Shown here piece after piece: positions 54,098 through 62,409 of a stretch of DNA of 64,000 nucleotides. The translations under genes were made by a program, and so were the position numbers. The notes under the pieces were generated by a model. It saw nothing but the letters and a program-made list of their open reading frames with translations, was not told the origin of the DNA and did not search any database. The first letter of the stretch is position 1, and each line of letters begins with the position of its first letter. This stretch comes from a virus (lineage: Duplodnaviria; Heunggongvirae; Uroviricota; Caudoviricetes): the IMG/VR virus record IMGVR_UViG_3300028361_000018; one strand, given 5' to 3'.

Positions 54098-54289
54098 AGT
54101 TTAATGCGCCTGTATACCCTCGGTCTACGAAATCGTTGAAAGGTTAGCAGGATACAGGTAGGTTCGAATCTCGCCATTTTAAATGGCAGATCAGCACCCT
54201 TTTAAGGTGAAGACAGGGTATCGATACCCCTATGTGATACCAAACATAACGCAGACGATAAGTTGTAAGCCGTGTGAATAAAGATTTAT

Positions 54290-54365
54290 CTCTCTGTAGT
54301 GTAGTCTAGTAACACCCTACGTTTGAGACGTAGAATCTGGGGTTCAAAATCTCACAGAGAGACCA
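54290..54365 (+). tRNA. type I tRNA with apparent anticodon UGA (Ser-reading anticodon on a short-variable-arm body; isotype uncertain)
   Basis: Acceptor CTCTCTG/CAGAGAG + A + CCA. D-arm GTGT-AGTCTAGTA-ACAC. Anticodon arm CTACG-TTTGAGA-CGTAG. T-arm TGGGG-TTCAAAA-TCTCA (two G-U pairs). Confidence 0.5.
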
Positions 54366-54413
54366 GTTTTAGGAATAGTTCAATAAATATCGAACTTGTA
54401 TAAATAGTAGTAT

Positions 54414-55064
54414 ATGCTATACACACTATACAAGATAACGAATATTATTAACAATAAGATATACGTAGGAGTCCATAAGACTCACGATATCAATGATGAC
54501 TATATGGGATCAGGTAAGATCCTAAAGCTATCAATAAAGAAAAATGGAATTGAAAACTTCACTAAAGAAATATTAGAAGTTTACGACAACCCAGAAGATA
54601 TGTTCTCTGCTGAAGCAAAGATAGTTAACGAAGAATTTATTAAAGATAAAGATAACTATAATTTGAAAGAAGGTGGTCAAGGTGGGTTTGATTGGATTAA
54701 CGAAAATGTTGATCGTAGTCTTGTAGACTATAAACCGCATATTGGTTCAAAAGTTTTTGTTGATAAATGGAAAAATGATCCTGTCTTCCGCGCAGCGCAA
54801 CTGTCACGTATGAAGGAGTTCAGTAGACTTGGAGTGGAAGCTCATAAGCTATTATACCCAGAAGGAGTATGGAAAGGGAAATTCCATAATGAAGAATCAA
54901 AAAAGAAAATAGGTAAAGCAAATAGTATTCACCAAACTGGTAAAGGTAATTCTCAGTTTGGTACAAGATGGATTCATAATTTAGAATTAAAGAAATCTAA
55001 AAAAGTTAATAAAGAAGAACCTCTACCTGAAGGATGGTTAGAAGGTAGAAAAATAAAGTTTTAG
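54414..55064 (+). CDS. GIY-YIG homing endonuclease
   Basis: 216 aa. LYTLYKITNIINNKIYVGVHKT...YMGSG...NLKEGGQGG. Paralog of the 51031 ORF. Confidence 0.7.
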   Translation: MLYTLYKITNIINNKIYVGVHKTHDINDDYMGSGKILKLSIKKNGIENFTKEILEVYDNPEDMFSAEAKIVNEEFIKDKDNYNLKEGGQGGFDWINENVDRSLVDYKPHIGSKVFVDKWKNDPVFRAAQLSRMKEFSRLGVEAHKLLYPEGVWKGKFHNEESKKKIGKANSIHQTGKGNSQFGTRWIHNLELKKSKKVNKEEPLPEGWLEGRKIKF

Positions 55065-55125
55065 GGGGATCTGTATGGGACAGACCTTGCAATGCGAGAG
55101 AAAGAGATCGTTACTCTTATCCTCT

Positions 55126-55337
55126 ACCCGAGGAGCAAAACGACATAGTTGATTTGCCCGTGCATTGTGCCAGTGAACTATAATGCGAACTTAGCTCCTA
55201 TCGAGAGCGCCAAATTTATTAGCTTGGCTAGTAACAGAAAGAATGCTTAATCGGGGCTGCGAACCTTTACTCTGCCCGAGGAGCGGAACGACATAGTTCA
55301 TCCGCCCATGCGTTGTGCTAATAACCTATTATGCGGA
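55126..55337. repeat. two ~70-bp imperfect direct repeats
   Basis: CTCTACCCGAGGAGCAAAACGACATAGTTGATTTGCCCGTGCATTGTGCC... (55126-55195) and CTCTGCCCGAGGAGCGGAACGACATAGTTCATCCGCCCATGCGTTGTGCT... (55268-55337). Confidence 0.6.
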
Positions 55338-55359
55338 CATGGTGTGAAGGGTAACACGA

Positions 55360-56016
55360 GTGTCTTCATTGCTAAATAATTGTATGAAACATTATACAGT
55401 ATACAAGACAACAAATATAATTAACAGAAAATATTACATCGGTACACACGTTACTAATAACCCAACTGATTCATATTTAGGTTCAGGAACACGCTTAGCT
55501 AAATCTATCAAAAAGTACGGAAAAGAGAGCTTTTATAAAGAAATTCTGTTCGACTGCACTAGTGAAGAAGAAATGTTTAGAAAAGAAAACGAGCTAGTTA
55601 ATGAAACGGTCTTGAAAGACAAGCAGTGCCTTAACTTAATTGTTGGTGGGAAAGGTGGATTTTCCTACATTAATAAAAGCGGTATAGCTAAATTTAAAGG
55701 AAGGAAACATACGCAAGCGTCTATTAAGAAGATGCTAGCAACAAAAAGAGATAACGGAACTTGGTGTCCAACAGACGAGTGCCGAGAAGAAAGAGCCGAA
55801 GCAAATCGTATAAGAGCAAAAAACCCTGCTAGAAACGCAGCAATATCTAAGACAGTGTCGGGAAGAATAAAAACCGAAGAACATAAAAAAAAGATTGCCG
55901 AAAGTCTGAGAGGCAAGAAACAGAACAGAGTACAATGTCCTTACTGTAAAAGAGTAGGCGGCGAACAAGCATTTAAGCGTTATCATTTCGATAACTGTAA
56001 AAATTTGCGGATCTAG
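55360..56016 (+). CDS. GIY-YIG homing endonuclease
   Basis: 218 aa. YTVYKTTNIINRKYYIGTHVT...YLGSG...NLIVGGKGG. C-terminal basic/Cys region. Its stop overlaps the 5' end of tRNA-Gly. Confidence 0.7.
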   Translation: MSSLLNNCMKHYTVYKTTNIINRKYYIGTHVTNNPTDSYLGSGTRLAKSIKKYGKESFYKEILFDCTSEEEMFRKENELVNETVLKDKQCLNLIVGGKGGFSYINKSGIAKFKGRKHTQASIKKMLATKRDNGTWCPTDECREERAEANRIRAKNPARNAAISKTVSGRIKTEEHKKKIAESLRGKKQNRVQCPYCKRVGGEQAFKRYHFDNCKNLRI

Positions 56017-56082
56017 CTCAATTGGTAGAGCACTGTCCTTCCAAGTCAGATGTTAGGGGTTCAAGTCCCCTGATCCGCTCCA
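56007..56082 (+). tRNA. tRNA-Gly (anticodon UCC)
   Basis: Acceptor GCGGATC/GATCCGC + T + CCA. D-arm GCTC-AATTGGTA-GAGC. Anticodon arm CTGTC-CTTCCAA-GTCAG (one T-T mismatch). T-arm AGGGG-TTCAAGT-CCCCT. Confidence 0.65.
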
Positions 56083-56096
56083 AATAAGAGGTAATT

Positions 56097-56366
56097 ATGA
56101 AGTCAATACCAATGAACGTCAAGCAAGGCGACCGCGTAAAAGCACGATTTAACCCTTACACTGATGAGAATAGTAATGACTGGAGCCCGTCTCTATCAGG
56201 AGATATAGAACAAGTTGAGTACAACGCTAAAAACGAAGTTGTAGCTATTGTAGTTGATTCTTGCAGGTACTCTGCCGAGCATTACCAAAGGTCCGCTGGA
56301 CAACAGAATGAAATTCATTATTTTGATGTTGGTCATGGGTTAGTTTTTGAATTTACAGTAGTATGA
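56097..56366 (+). CDS. hypothetical protein (89 aa)
   Basis: ORF track. Confidence 0.35.
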   Translation: MKSIPMNVKQGDRVKARFNPYTDENSNDWSPSLSGDIEQVEYNAKNEVVAIVVDSCRYSAEHYQRSAGQQNEIHYFDVGHGLVFEFTVV

Positions 56367-56410
56367 GCGGTTCGAATCCCTGTGTCCGCACCAAACAAAA
56401 GGAAAACGTA

Positions 56411-56626
56411 ATGAGCACGATTAAAGATATGGTAATTGACAGAAAGCAAGTTCAGTTTAAGTTTTACCGCAAGGGCGAACTCTTTTACGAAACTGAATGC
56501 GGCTTTATTTTTCCAGTGCCAATCTCCGACACTGGCGACGGACAGTTTAACCGTTCGGATAAGGCAATGATGTTCATGCGTTACATCCGCAAAGAACTAG
56601 CAGTACGAGAACAAGCTGTAAGCTAA
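56411..56626 (+). CDS. hypothetical protein (71 aa)
   Basis: Track ORF 56363-56626. ATG at 56411 with AAGGAAAACG RBS. The upstream in-frame part overlaps a tRNA 3'-fragment-like sequence. Confidence 0.35.
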   Translation: MSTIKDMVIDRKQVQFKFYRKGELFYETECGFIFPVPISDTGDGQFNRSDKAMMFMRYIRKELAVREQAVS

Positions 56627-56671
56627 TACATTACCCTCTGTAGCTCGGTGGATAGAGCTACATAATTATTT

Positions 56672-56746
56672 GGCCCTATGGTGAAATGGATATCATAAGA
56701 GTCTTCGAAACTCCTGTTCCTTGTTCGAATCAAGGTAGGGTCGCCA
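56672..56746 (+). tRNA. tRNA-Arg (anticodon UCG)
   Basis: Acceptor GGCCCTA/TAGGGTC (one G-U) + G + CCA. Anticodon arm AGAGT-CTTCGAA-ACTCC. T-arm CCTTG-TTCGAAT-CAAGG. Confidence 0.55.
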
Positions 56747-56815
56747 ATATTCTTTGTTTGTAGCACTCTACAAATATACAGATAAGTACACGGTTAATCC
56801 AAACTAAGGAACCGT

Positions 56816-57748
56816 ATGAACAATTACCAAAGTAATACCGCTTGGACAACACAACACCAAAATGTGTATGAAACTAACGCAATTAAACTATTACAATTCT
56901 CACAAGGTACAGGCACGCCGGCTGTAATTATTCCACCACAAGCAGGCCATCACAGCAACATAGCAGATTATGCACCTAACCAAAGTTTAGTACAAAGTGC
57001 TGCTAAAAACTACACAGGCAGTGTCTACACAATAGAGTGGAAGAGCTGTACATATACTCGCCGCAACGAAGGCATAGAGGACTTGCTATCACAGCTTAAT
57101 CAATGTGTATCGCACGTCGGCGGAACAGCAACATTAGTAGGGTTGTGTCAAGGCGGCTGGCTAGCCACAATCTACGCAGCATTACATCCAAATCAAGTAT
57201 CGTCTCTAGTAATAGCAGGAGCTCCTATTGATACTAAAGTAGGTAACAGTGTAATACATCGCGCTACGAAGACGCCTTTAGTCTTATATAAAGCTATTGT
57301 AATGATGAGCGGAGGTCTTATGCTAGGCCAAACTATGTTAGCAGCTTGGAAGAGCAGCAATCTAAGTAAACACTATTTTGAACGATATGTCTATCCAGAC
57401 GACGATGCTCGACGCTTTTACAAGTGGTACGATCATACACAGGATCTAGCAGGTAAATGGTACCTATGGGCTGTAGAACAGTTGTTTAAGAAGAACTTAC
57501 TAGGTAAGAACGAACTCACAATAGCCGGTGTCAAAGTGGACCTTACTGTGCTAAACAGCTTAAAAGGTGTACACATTGTTACAGGAGTGCGTGACGACAT
57601 TACGCCAAGTGAACAATCTCTTGCTCTGCAACGCTACACCCGCGCACAAACCTACTTAGTTGACGCAGGGCACATAGGAGTGTTCATGAGCCACCGAGGA
57701 ATATGTGACGTTTGGAATGGCTTGTTCGCTAGGTTGGATGCAGCTTAG
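56816..57748 (+). CDS. alpha/beta-hydrolase-fold protein with GxCxGG box (PHA synthase / depolymerase-like)
   Basis: 310 aa. VGLCQGGWLATIYAALHP nucleophile-elbow with Cys in place of Ser, as in PhaC-type enzymes. Later conserved D and H candidates (GVRDDI, DAGHIGVF). Confidence 0.45.
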   Translation: MNNYQSNTAWTTQHQNVYETNAIKLLQFSQGTGTPAVIIPPQAGHHSNIADYAPNQSLVQSAAKNYTGSVYTIEWKSCTYTRRNEGIEDLLSQLNQCVSHVGGTATLVGLCQGGWLATIYAALHPNQVSSLVIAGAPIDTKVGNSVIHRATKTPLVLYKAIVMMSGGLMLGQTMLAAWKSSNLSKHYFERYVYPDDDARRFYKWYDHTQDLAGKWYLWAVEQLFKKNLLGKNELTIAGVKVDLTVLNSLKGVHIVTGVRDDITPSEQSLALQRYTRAQTYLVDAGHIGVFMSHRGICDVWNGLFARLDAA

Positions 57749-57758
57749 TAAATACTAG

Positions 57759-57787
57759 TTGACAGAATATCTAATCTCTCTTATACT
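57759..57787 (+). promoter_or_regulatory. sigma70-like promoter TTGACA-N17-TATACT
   Basis: TTGACA 57759-57764, TATACT 57782-57787. Confidence 0.45.
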
Positions 57788-57846
57788 GTTAGAACATTAG
57801 AAATACGCAGAGTATCTAAGATTGAAAGCAAAGTTTGGAGAGTAAA

Positions 57847-58335
57847 ATGTTATTTGATGATGTAGTTGGCAAGACTTTTAAGTTCTATGGTGTTCACGAT
57901 ACGTTCTTTAAGATTGGTCAACACATCTTTGAGGCTATAGAGGATGAAGACGACGGATATCGTAGCTACTTAGATTCTGTAGAAACTCGCAAGGACGAAA
58001 AGCTAGTGTTCTTAGGTCGCAGCTTTGCAACTGTAACAGTAGAAGAAAAGTGCAATGGATGCTTTGACGGCTACGTATTGCGAGACACTACAGATGATCA
58101 TATTTGGTTAAAGTTTGGCACTGAAAACACCGACGACTATTATCCGTATTTTGTATTTGAGTATCAAACCAAGCTAGAAGTAGCTGAACGTGTAGAACGC
58201 AAGGCTGCTAGAGAAGATGCCGAGCACACACGAGGCCTAGTCAGTCAACAACTGGCATTAGTGGACCGAGCACTAAAGGGCGGACAATTAGATGTAGCAC
58301 AAGAACTTCTGAACGACTTAGCAAATAAAATGTAA
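57847..58335 (+). CDS. hypothetical protein
   Basis: Track ORF 57835-58335. ATG 57847 preceded by GGAG. Confidence 0.4.
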   Translation: MLFDDVVGKTFKFYGVHDTFFKIGQHIFEAIEDEDDGYRSYLDSVETRKDEKLVFLGRSFATVTVEEKCNGCFDGYVLRDTTDDHIWLKFGTENTDDYYPYFVFEYQTKLEVAERVERKAAREDAEHTRGLVSQQLALVDRALKGGQLDVAQELLNDLANKM

Positions 58336-58342
58336 ACAGTGG

Positions 58343-58371
58343 TTGACAGCAACAACGTTAGACACTATAAT
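58343..58371 (+). promoter_or_regulatory. sigma70-like promoter TTGACA-N17-TATAAT followed by a conserved 45-nt leader
   Basis: TTGACA 58343-58348, TATAAT 58366-58371. The downstream TTAGTACATAGGTTAGCAAAACGTTAACACGTTCTTTAACAATAG matches 48479-48526. Confidence 0.5.
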
Positions 58372-58667
58372 TAGTACATAGGTTAGCAAAACGTTAACAC
58401 GTTCTTTAACAATAGTAACTGGGCAGTATAATGTCCTTAGACTAAGCATAGCAATATGCCAGAATTGGTAAGATACCGTTAGTTAAGTTAGACAACCAAA
58501 CGGTGTACCCATATTAAGAACCTTGTCTAATACACGAAAGCTGAAATGCGCCGGATTGCTTTGACTACGTACTAAAATGTAGTAGCACTAGATGGTAAAA
58601 GTGTAGGTGACTTGGCAGTGGAATAGTAACTGTCTAGCTAATTTTGTAAATAATTAATAGGTGACGT

Positions 58668-58880
58668 ATGTTAGTAGTAGCATTACATGAGTACGGCGAC
58701 TTTGATATGCCAATACTGAATTCAGTTTGGACTTCTTCAGAATTTGACAGCTTAACACAAACAGGGCTTTCATCAGACACCTTTGATTACTCAGATATCA
58801 ACAATGCCATTAAGCAGCTTAGAAAGCTAGGCTTTAAAAATACTAAAATTGCTATTGTCACAGTAGGCGGAGGATTCTAA
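58668..58880 (+). CDS. hypothetical protein (70 aa)
   Basis: ORF track. Confidence 0.35.
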   Translation: MLVVALHEYGDFDMPILNSVWTSSEFDSLTQTGLSSDTFDYSDINNAIKQLRKLGFKNTKIAIVTVGGGF

Positions 58881-58882
58881 CT

Positions 58883-59158
58883 ATGCACACAGAAATTACC
58901 ACATACGCAAGCGAACAAGAAATACTCGAATTAATCAACAGCTACTTTAATCTCGACGAGGATTCGTTGGTTGCTCTCGAAGAACTAGGTAACCAAGACT
59001 GGTGCATAACTGTTGAACCAGCTGACAAATACGACATGGACGCTTTATTAGAGGTCAAAAACGGTAACGCTCAATTTAGTACCAACGCGATGCTAAATCA
59101 GCTTTGCAGCTCAGGGGTACTGTTGTCGGGTAAATACGTTATAGACTGTACTTGGTAA
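58883..59158 (+). CDS. hypothetical protein (91 aa)
   Basis: ORF track. Confidence 0.35.
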   Translation: MHTEITTYASEQEILELINSYFNLDEDSLVALEELGNQDWCITVEPADKYDMDALLEVKNGNAQFSTNAMLNQLCSSGVLLSGKYVIDCTW

Positions 59159-59173
59159 TATTTGGAGAACAAC

Positions 59174-59488
59174 ATGAAAAAACTAATTCAAGCAGCACTA
59201 ATTACAGTAATGTTCGCAGGCTCATCTGCTGCGCTAGCATCAAAAGTAGTAACTGTGCCCACTAAGATGGTGTGTACTGTATACTTAGAAATTGAACAGC
59301 ACCTGCGGGATAAGGGACAATCGCCTATCCTTGAGGGTAATTCCAGCATGGCTGATCGAGCAGGAACTACATCTCTGTTCTACATGGATAATGACGGCAA
59401 TTATACATTGGTAATTCGAAGTGATGTTAACTCCCTTGGCTGTATCATTGACTTTGGAAAAATGTCAAAATACGGCATGGAAAGCTAA
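59174..59488 (+). CDS. secreted hypothetical protein
   Basis: Track ORF 59162-59488. ATG 59174. Signal peptide MKKLIQAALITVMFAGSSAALA. Confidence 0.4.
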   Translation: MKKLIQAALITVMFAGSSAALASKVVTVPTKMVCTVYLEIEQHLRDKGQSPILEGNSSMADRAGTTSLFYMDNDGNYTLVIRSDVNSLGCIIDFGKMSKYGMES

Positions 59489-59511
59489 TCTAAATATACG
59501 AGTAGGTTGTT

Positions 59512-59805
59512 ATGACTGACAAATACACGCTGCCTGTGATGTACGATAAGATTTCGTCTAGAGACAAGCGAGTAGTTCGAGAACAGTATATTAAACAGCA
59601 GGGCGGTGCCTGTATGTTTTGCGAACGACAGCTGACCGAAGAGCCGCCTAAGTCAGTAACTTCTAAGAAAGTAAACTGGAAACTGTTCCCGCCATTCTTC
59701 CTAAAACATCCAATTCACTTACAACACTGTCATGACTCAGGGCTAACAGAAGGTGCAGTACACGCACTCTGCAATGCTGTGATGTGGCAATTTCACGGTC
59801 GCTAA
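59512..59805 (+). CDS. hypothetical protein (97 aa), Cys/His-rich
   Basis: ORF track. CMFCERQ ... HCHDSG ... HALCNAVMWQFHG. Confidence 0.35.
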   Translation: MTDKYTLPVMYDKISSRDKRVVREQYIKQQGGACMFCERQLTEEPPKSVTSKKVNWKLFPPFFLKHPIHLQHCHDSGLTEGAVHALCNAVMWQFHGR

Positions 59806-59829
59806 CCAAACTAACAAGGAGTAAATTTT

Positions 59830-60726
59830 ATGGGATGCTGGAATAAAACATGTTCATTGACAAACCTTCCAATCTACCACGGCGACGCAGTGTACGTCTT
59901 TGCATTAGAGAAGAAGGCAACATACGATCAGTGCTATGCTACAGGGCACTATGCACCGGTTCTGATACCGTTCGAAGGTGTTTATAATGACTACGGCGGA
60001 AGCGATGAGAATAGCGGAGTGGGGCTAACGTATGTGCTAGGCGCAGTTAGGGAAAACTTAATAGAAATGGAAATAGAAGTGGGAGAGAACCAGCGCCACG
60101 ACGTTGCTGTTACTCGCAGCTCTTTTGGAGAGGAACAGTTTTTTGAAAGTGTTCGCGAACAGCGTTTAATTATTGAAAATAAGTTTGGCAAAGAGTCCTA
60201 TATTGACTTTGCAATGATGCGCAAAGACTGCGTGGACGCAATTCTTAATAAGTGGCAAATTGAAGACTGCAAATATAACCATGAGTCTAATGAGGTAAAC
60301 TACTTTAAATACGGTTACAATGACCTTGTTGAGGAAGCAACTGATTACATCCTGGCAATAAAAGACCTTGTTGAAAAGAATGACGAAATAGGATTCATGC
60401 TTATAAACAACATGGCCGAATACCCAGTGTGCAGCAAGCTGGCGAAGACGCTAAACTTTAACGAGCACCGATTTAGTGGAATGTTACGAGGCCAAGGAAT
60501 TGTTCGTGCACTAGTTGAAGCAGGTGAGATCGAACAAGCAGAAGCGTTCATCAAAGAATACCTCAAAGGAGCTATGCTTAACCTATTCTTTGATGAAACG
60601 CGCAAGCAATGGCTACCCGGAGGACACGAAGGTAGCCAAGGACAAGAATACGAGCCTTACGAATTGCTACTACAAGTGACTCAAGAAACTATCAACAAAA
60701 GAAAGACAGAAATGGAAGAATGGTAG
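59830..60726 (+). CDS. hypothetical protein (298 aa)
   Basis: ORF track. Confidence 0.4.
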   Translation: MGCWNKTCSLTNLPIYHGDAVYVFALEKKATYDQCYATGHYAPVLIPFEGVYNDYGGSDENSGVGLTYVLGAVRENLIEMEIEVGENQRHDVAVTRSSFGEEQFFESVREQRLIIENKFGKESYIDFAMMRKDCVDAILNKWQIEDCKYNHESNEVNYFKYGYNDLVEEATDYILAIKDLVEKNDEIGFMLINNMAEYPVCSKLAKTLNFNEHRFSGMLRGQGIVRALVEAGEIEQAEAFIKEYLKGAMLNLFFDETRKQWLPGGHEGSQGQEYEPYELLLQVTQETINKRKTEMEEW

Positions 60727-60754
60727 TTGACAAACACTACAAAGGTGCTATACT
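60726..60754 (+). promoter_or_regulatory. sigma70-like promoter TTGACA-N17-TATACT driving an ORF-free structured region
   Basis: TTGACA 60726-60731, TATACT 60749-60754. Confidence 0.45.
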
Positions 60755-60770
60755 AATAAAGTAAAGATTT

Positions 60771-61428
60771 ACACTGTGCTGGAATAGGTATACAGGGGTG
60801 CGGAATAAGCCAATATGGATAGGCGGTGAAATATTAATAATACACCGTTTTGCGCTCAAGACTTGTATAACTGAGTCAGGCGAGAACTACCCGTTTCATA
60901 ACAGCGCAACGTAATTGAAACATCCGGGTTCGATCCCCGGCAGTGTAAATAAATAATTCGGTCTGCTCATTACAATTAAAATGAGCACACGGTACTCTTA
61001 GCGCAAGCTAAGGGGCGCAGTATAACTAAACAGTAGAGCATACTGTGAAGAATCCTTATTCGGGCGAAGAAGCGACGGCTTCTAGGATCGGAGGTACACA
61101 AGTTGAACGCCAAGTGTTACGTAGTGATCTTTGGTATTGCTTGAACGCCACAGCTGGGACCTGCTAGGCAACCGAACTAGCTACTGCGTTAATGTCCTTT
61201 GCCTACGGGTAGAGGACATCTTAAAGCACTTTGACACAGAGTGCTTTAAGATGTGACAGATGCGTAGACTGATACGCAGTGCTTGAGCTTAGCGGCCAAG
61301 CATGAGACGAGGCGCTGACCCTGGGCAGATTTGAACAAACAGGGGAACCGATATTGGTCGCGAACTGTGTCGGGTTGCTATGCTGGAGATCAGTACCAGT
61401 TGTCACACTACTAATTCACGAGGTTAAT
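60771..61428 (+). ncRNA. large structured non-coding region (tRNA-like 3' module + multiple long hairpins); identity unknown
   Basis: No ORF >61 aa on either strand for ~650 nt, downstream of a promoter. TACACTG (60771) pairs with CAGTGTA just after a canonical T-arm CCGGG-TTCGATC-CCCGG (~60925-60946). Further perfect hairpins include ACATCTTAAAGCACT-TTGACACAG-AGTGCTTTAAGATGT (~61218-61256). Confidence 0.4.
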
Positions 61429-61782
61429 ATGATAACTAATTACTTGTTTCTAAATCGTGAGCTGCTTGATGATGTTTATTCCGCTCATGGGTCAACCCTT
61501 GTTGTTGTACAAAATCGAGGAGATGCTGTAAACTTCTTTAATGAATTGCTGATGTGCCATAAAATGGACACCGAGTCAGCTATGTGCTCTCACTCTGGGT
61601 TGTGGATATCATGCAAGGTCAGCAAGACCACAGTAAGGTCGATACGTGATCAATCATTTCGTTCGTCAATTCGCGGAGCTCAGTTCACACAGGTATTTAC
61701 AGTGGGCAAAATGTACGAAGAAGACAACGAACTAATAGTAGCTAGTCTTCTGTGGCAGCCAAGGCAATCGCCAGAAGAATAG
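61429..61782 (+). CDS. hypothetical protein
   Basis: Track ORF 61354-61782. ATG 61429 after GAGGT RBS. Confidence 0.35.
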   Translation: MITNYLFLNRELLDDVYSAHGSTLVVVQNRGDAVNFFNELLMCHKMDTESAMCSHSGLWISCKVSKTTVRSIRDQSFRSSIRGAQFTQVFTVGKMYEEDNELIVASLLWQPRQSPEE

Positions 61783-61786
61783 AGGT

Positions 61787-61814
61787 TGACACAGACAGTA
61801 AACATAAGTATACT
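61787..61814 (+). promoter_or_regulatory. sigma70-like promoter TTGACA-N16-TATACT
   Basis: TTGACA 61787-61792, TATACT 61809-61814. Confidence 0.4.
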
Positions 61815-61841
61815 GTGTACTGAGATAAGGGAGTAAGACAA

Positions 61842-62030
61842 ATGAGATTTATTGCAAGATCTAAGTCCGACCCAAATATCAGCAACGGCGGAATGGAATA
61901 TGATTCGGAGTCATCTGCACAATTACATGCAGACACAATGAACAAGTTAATTGAACGCTATCCGGATAAGCCATGGAACACAGACTTTTGGAAGACTAAA
62001 CCAGAGGCTTGGGTAGTTTACAAAAAGTAA
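61842..62030 (+). CDS. hypothetical protein (62 aa)
   Basis: ORF track. Confidence 0.35.
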   Translation: MRFIARSKSDPNISNGGMEYDSESSAQLHADTMNKLIERYPDKPWNTDFWKTKPEAWVVYKK

Positions 62031-62033
62031 TAT

Positions 62034-62107
62034 GGCGGGTTGGCCGAGCGACTAGGCAGTGGACTGCAACTCTACGCACACAGGTTTGAATCCTGTACCC
62101 GCTTCCA
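62034..62107 (+). tRNA. tRNA-Cys (anticodon GCA)
   Basis: Acceptor GGCGGGT/ACCCGCT (G1-U72) + T + CCA. Anticodon arm GTGGA-CTGCAAC-TCTAC. T-arm ACAGG-TTTGAAT-CCTGT. Confidence 0.6.
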
Positions 62108-62409
62108 AAATTTAGAATAGAGACGAAAAAAGAAAGAAATGCCGGAAAGCAGGTTCGATTCCTGTGGTGGTCAAGATGGCTGCTGAGTTGGACTCTATAA
62201 AAAATTCCGGAAGTCCTAGGTAATTGTCTCGAGGCTTTTACCTAGGGCGGTACTAATTATGCAGGCGGAGAGCGAACGGCGGTCCTGAGTCTAAACTATG
62301 AGTATACCGGTAAATGCTCGTAGGAATAAGACTTAACAAAGATTATAGATCTTTGTGAATAGGTTAGAATCCTGTCGTCTGCTCCTAATTCAACACAAAA
62401 GGTAATAAA

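Noticed and set aside
54100-54190. Possible tRNA using the GGTTCGAATC motif at ~54160
   Set aside because: I could not find an acceptor or T-stem pairing on either strand. It is flanked by a GCCATTT-TAA-AATGGC hairpin. Left as a tRNA-like remnant rather than a called gene.
60771-60947. tmRNA or intron-containing tRNA hypothesis for the tRNA-like module
   Set aside because: No plausible tag ORF (the candidate frame ends ...AQRN*, unlike ANDENYALAA-type tags). The 5'/3' pairing is only ~177 nt apart, too short for tmRNA or a group I intron. Kept only as an unknown structured RNA.
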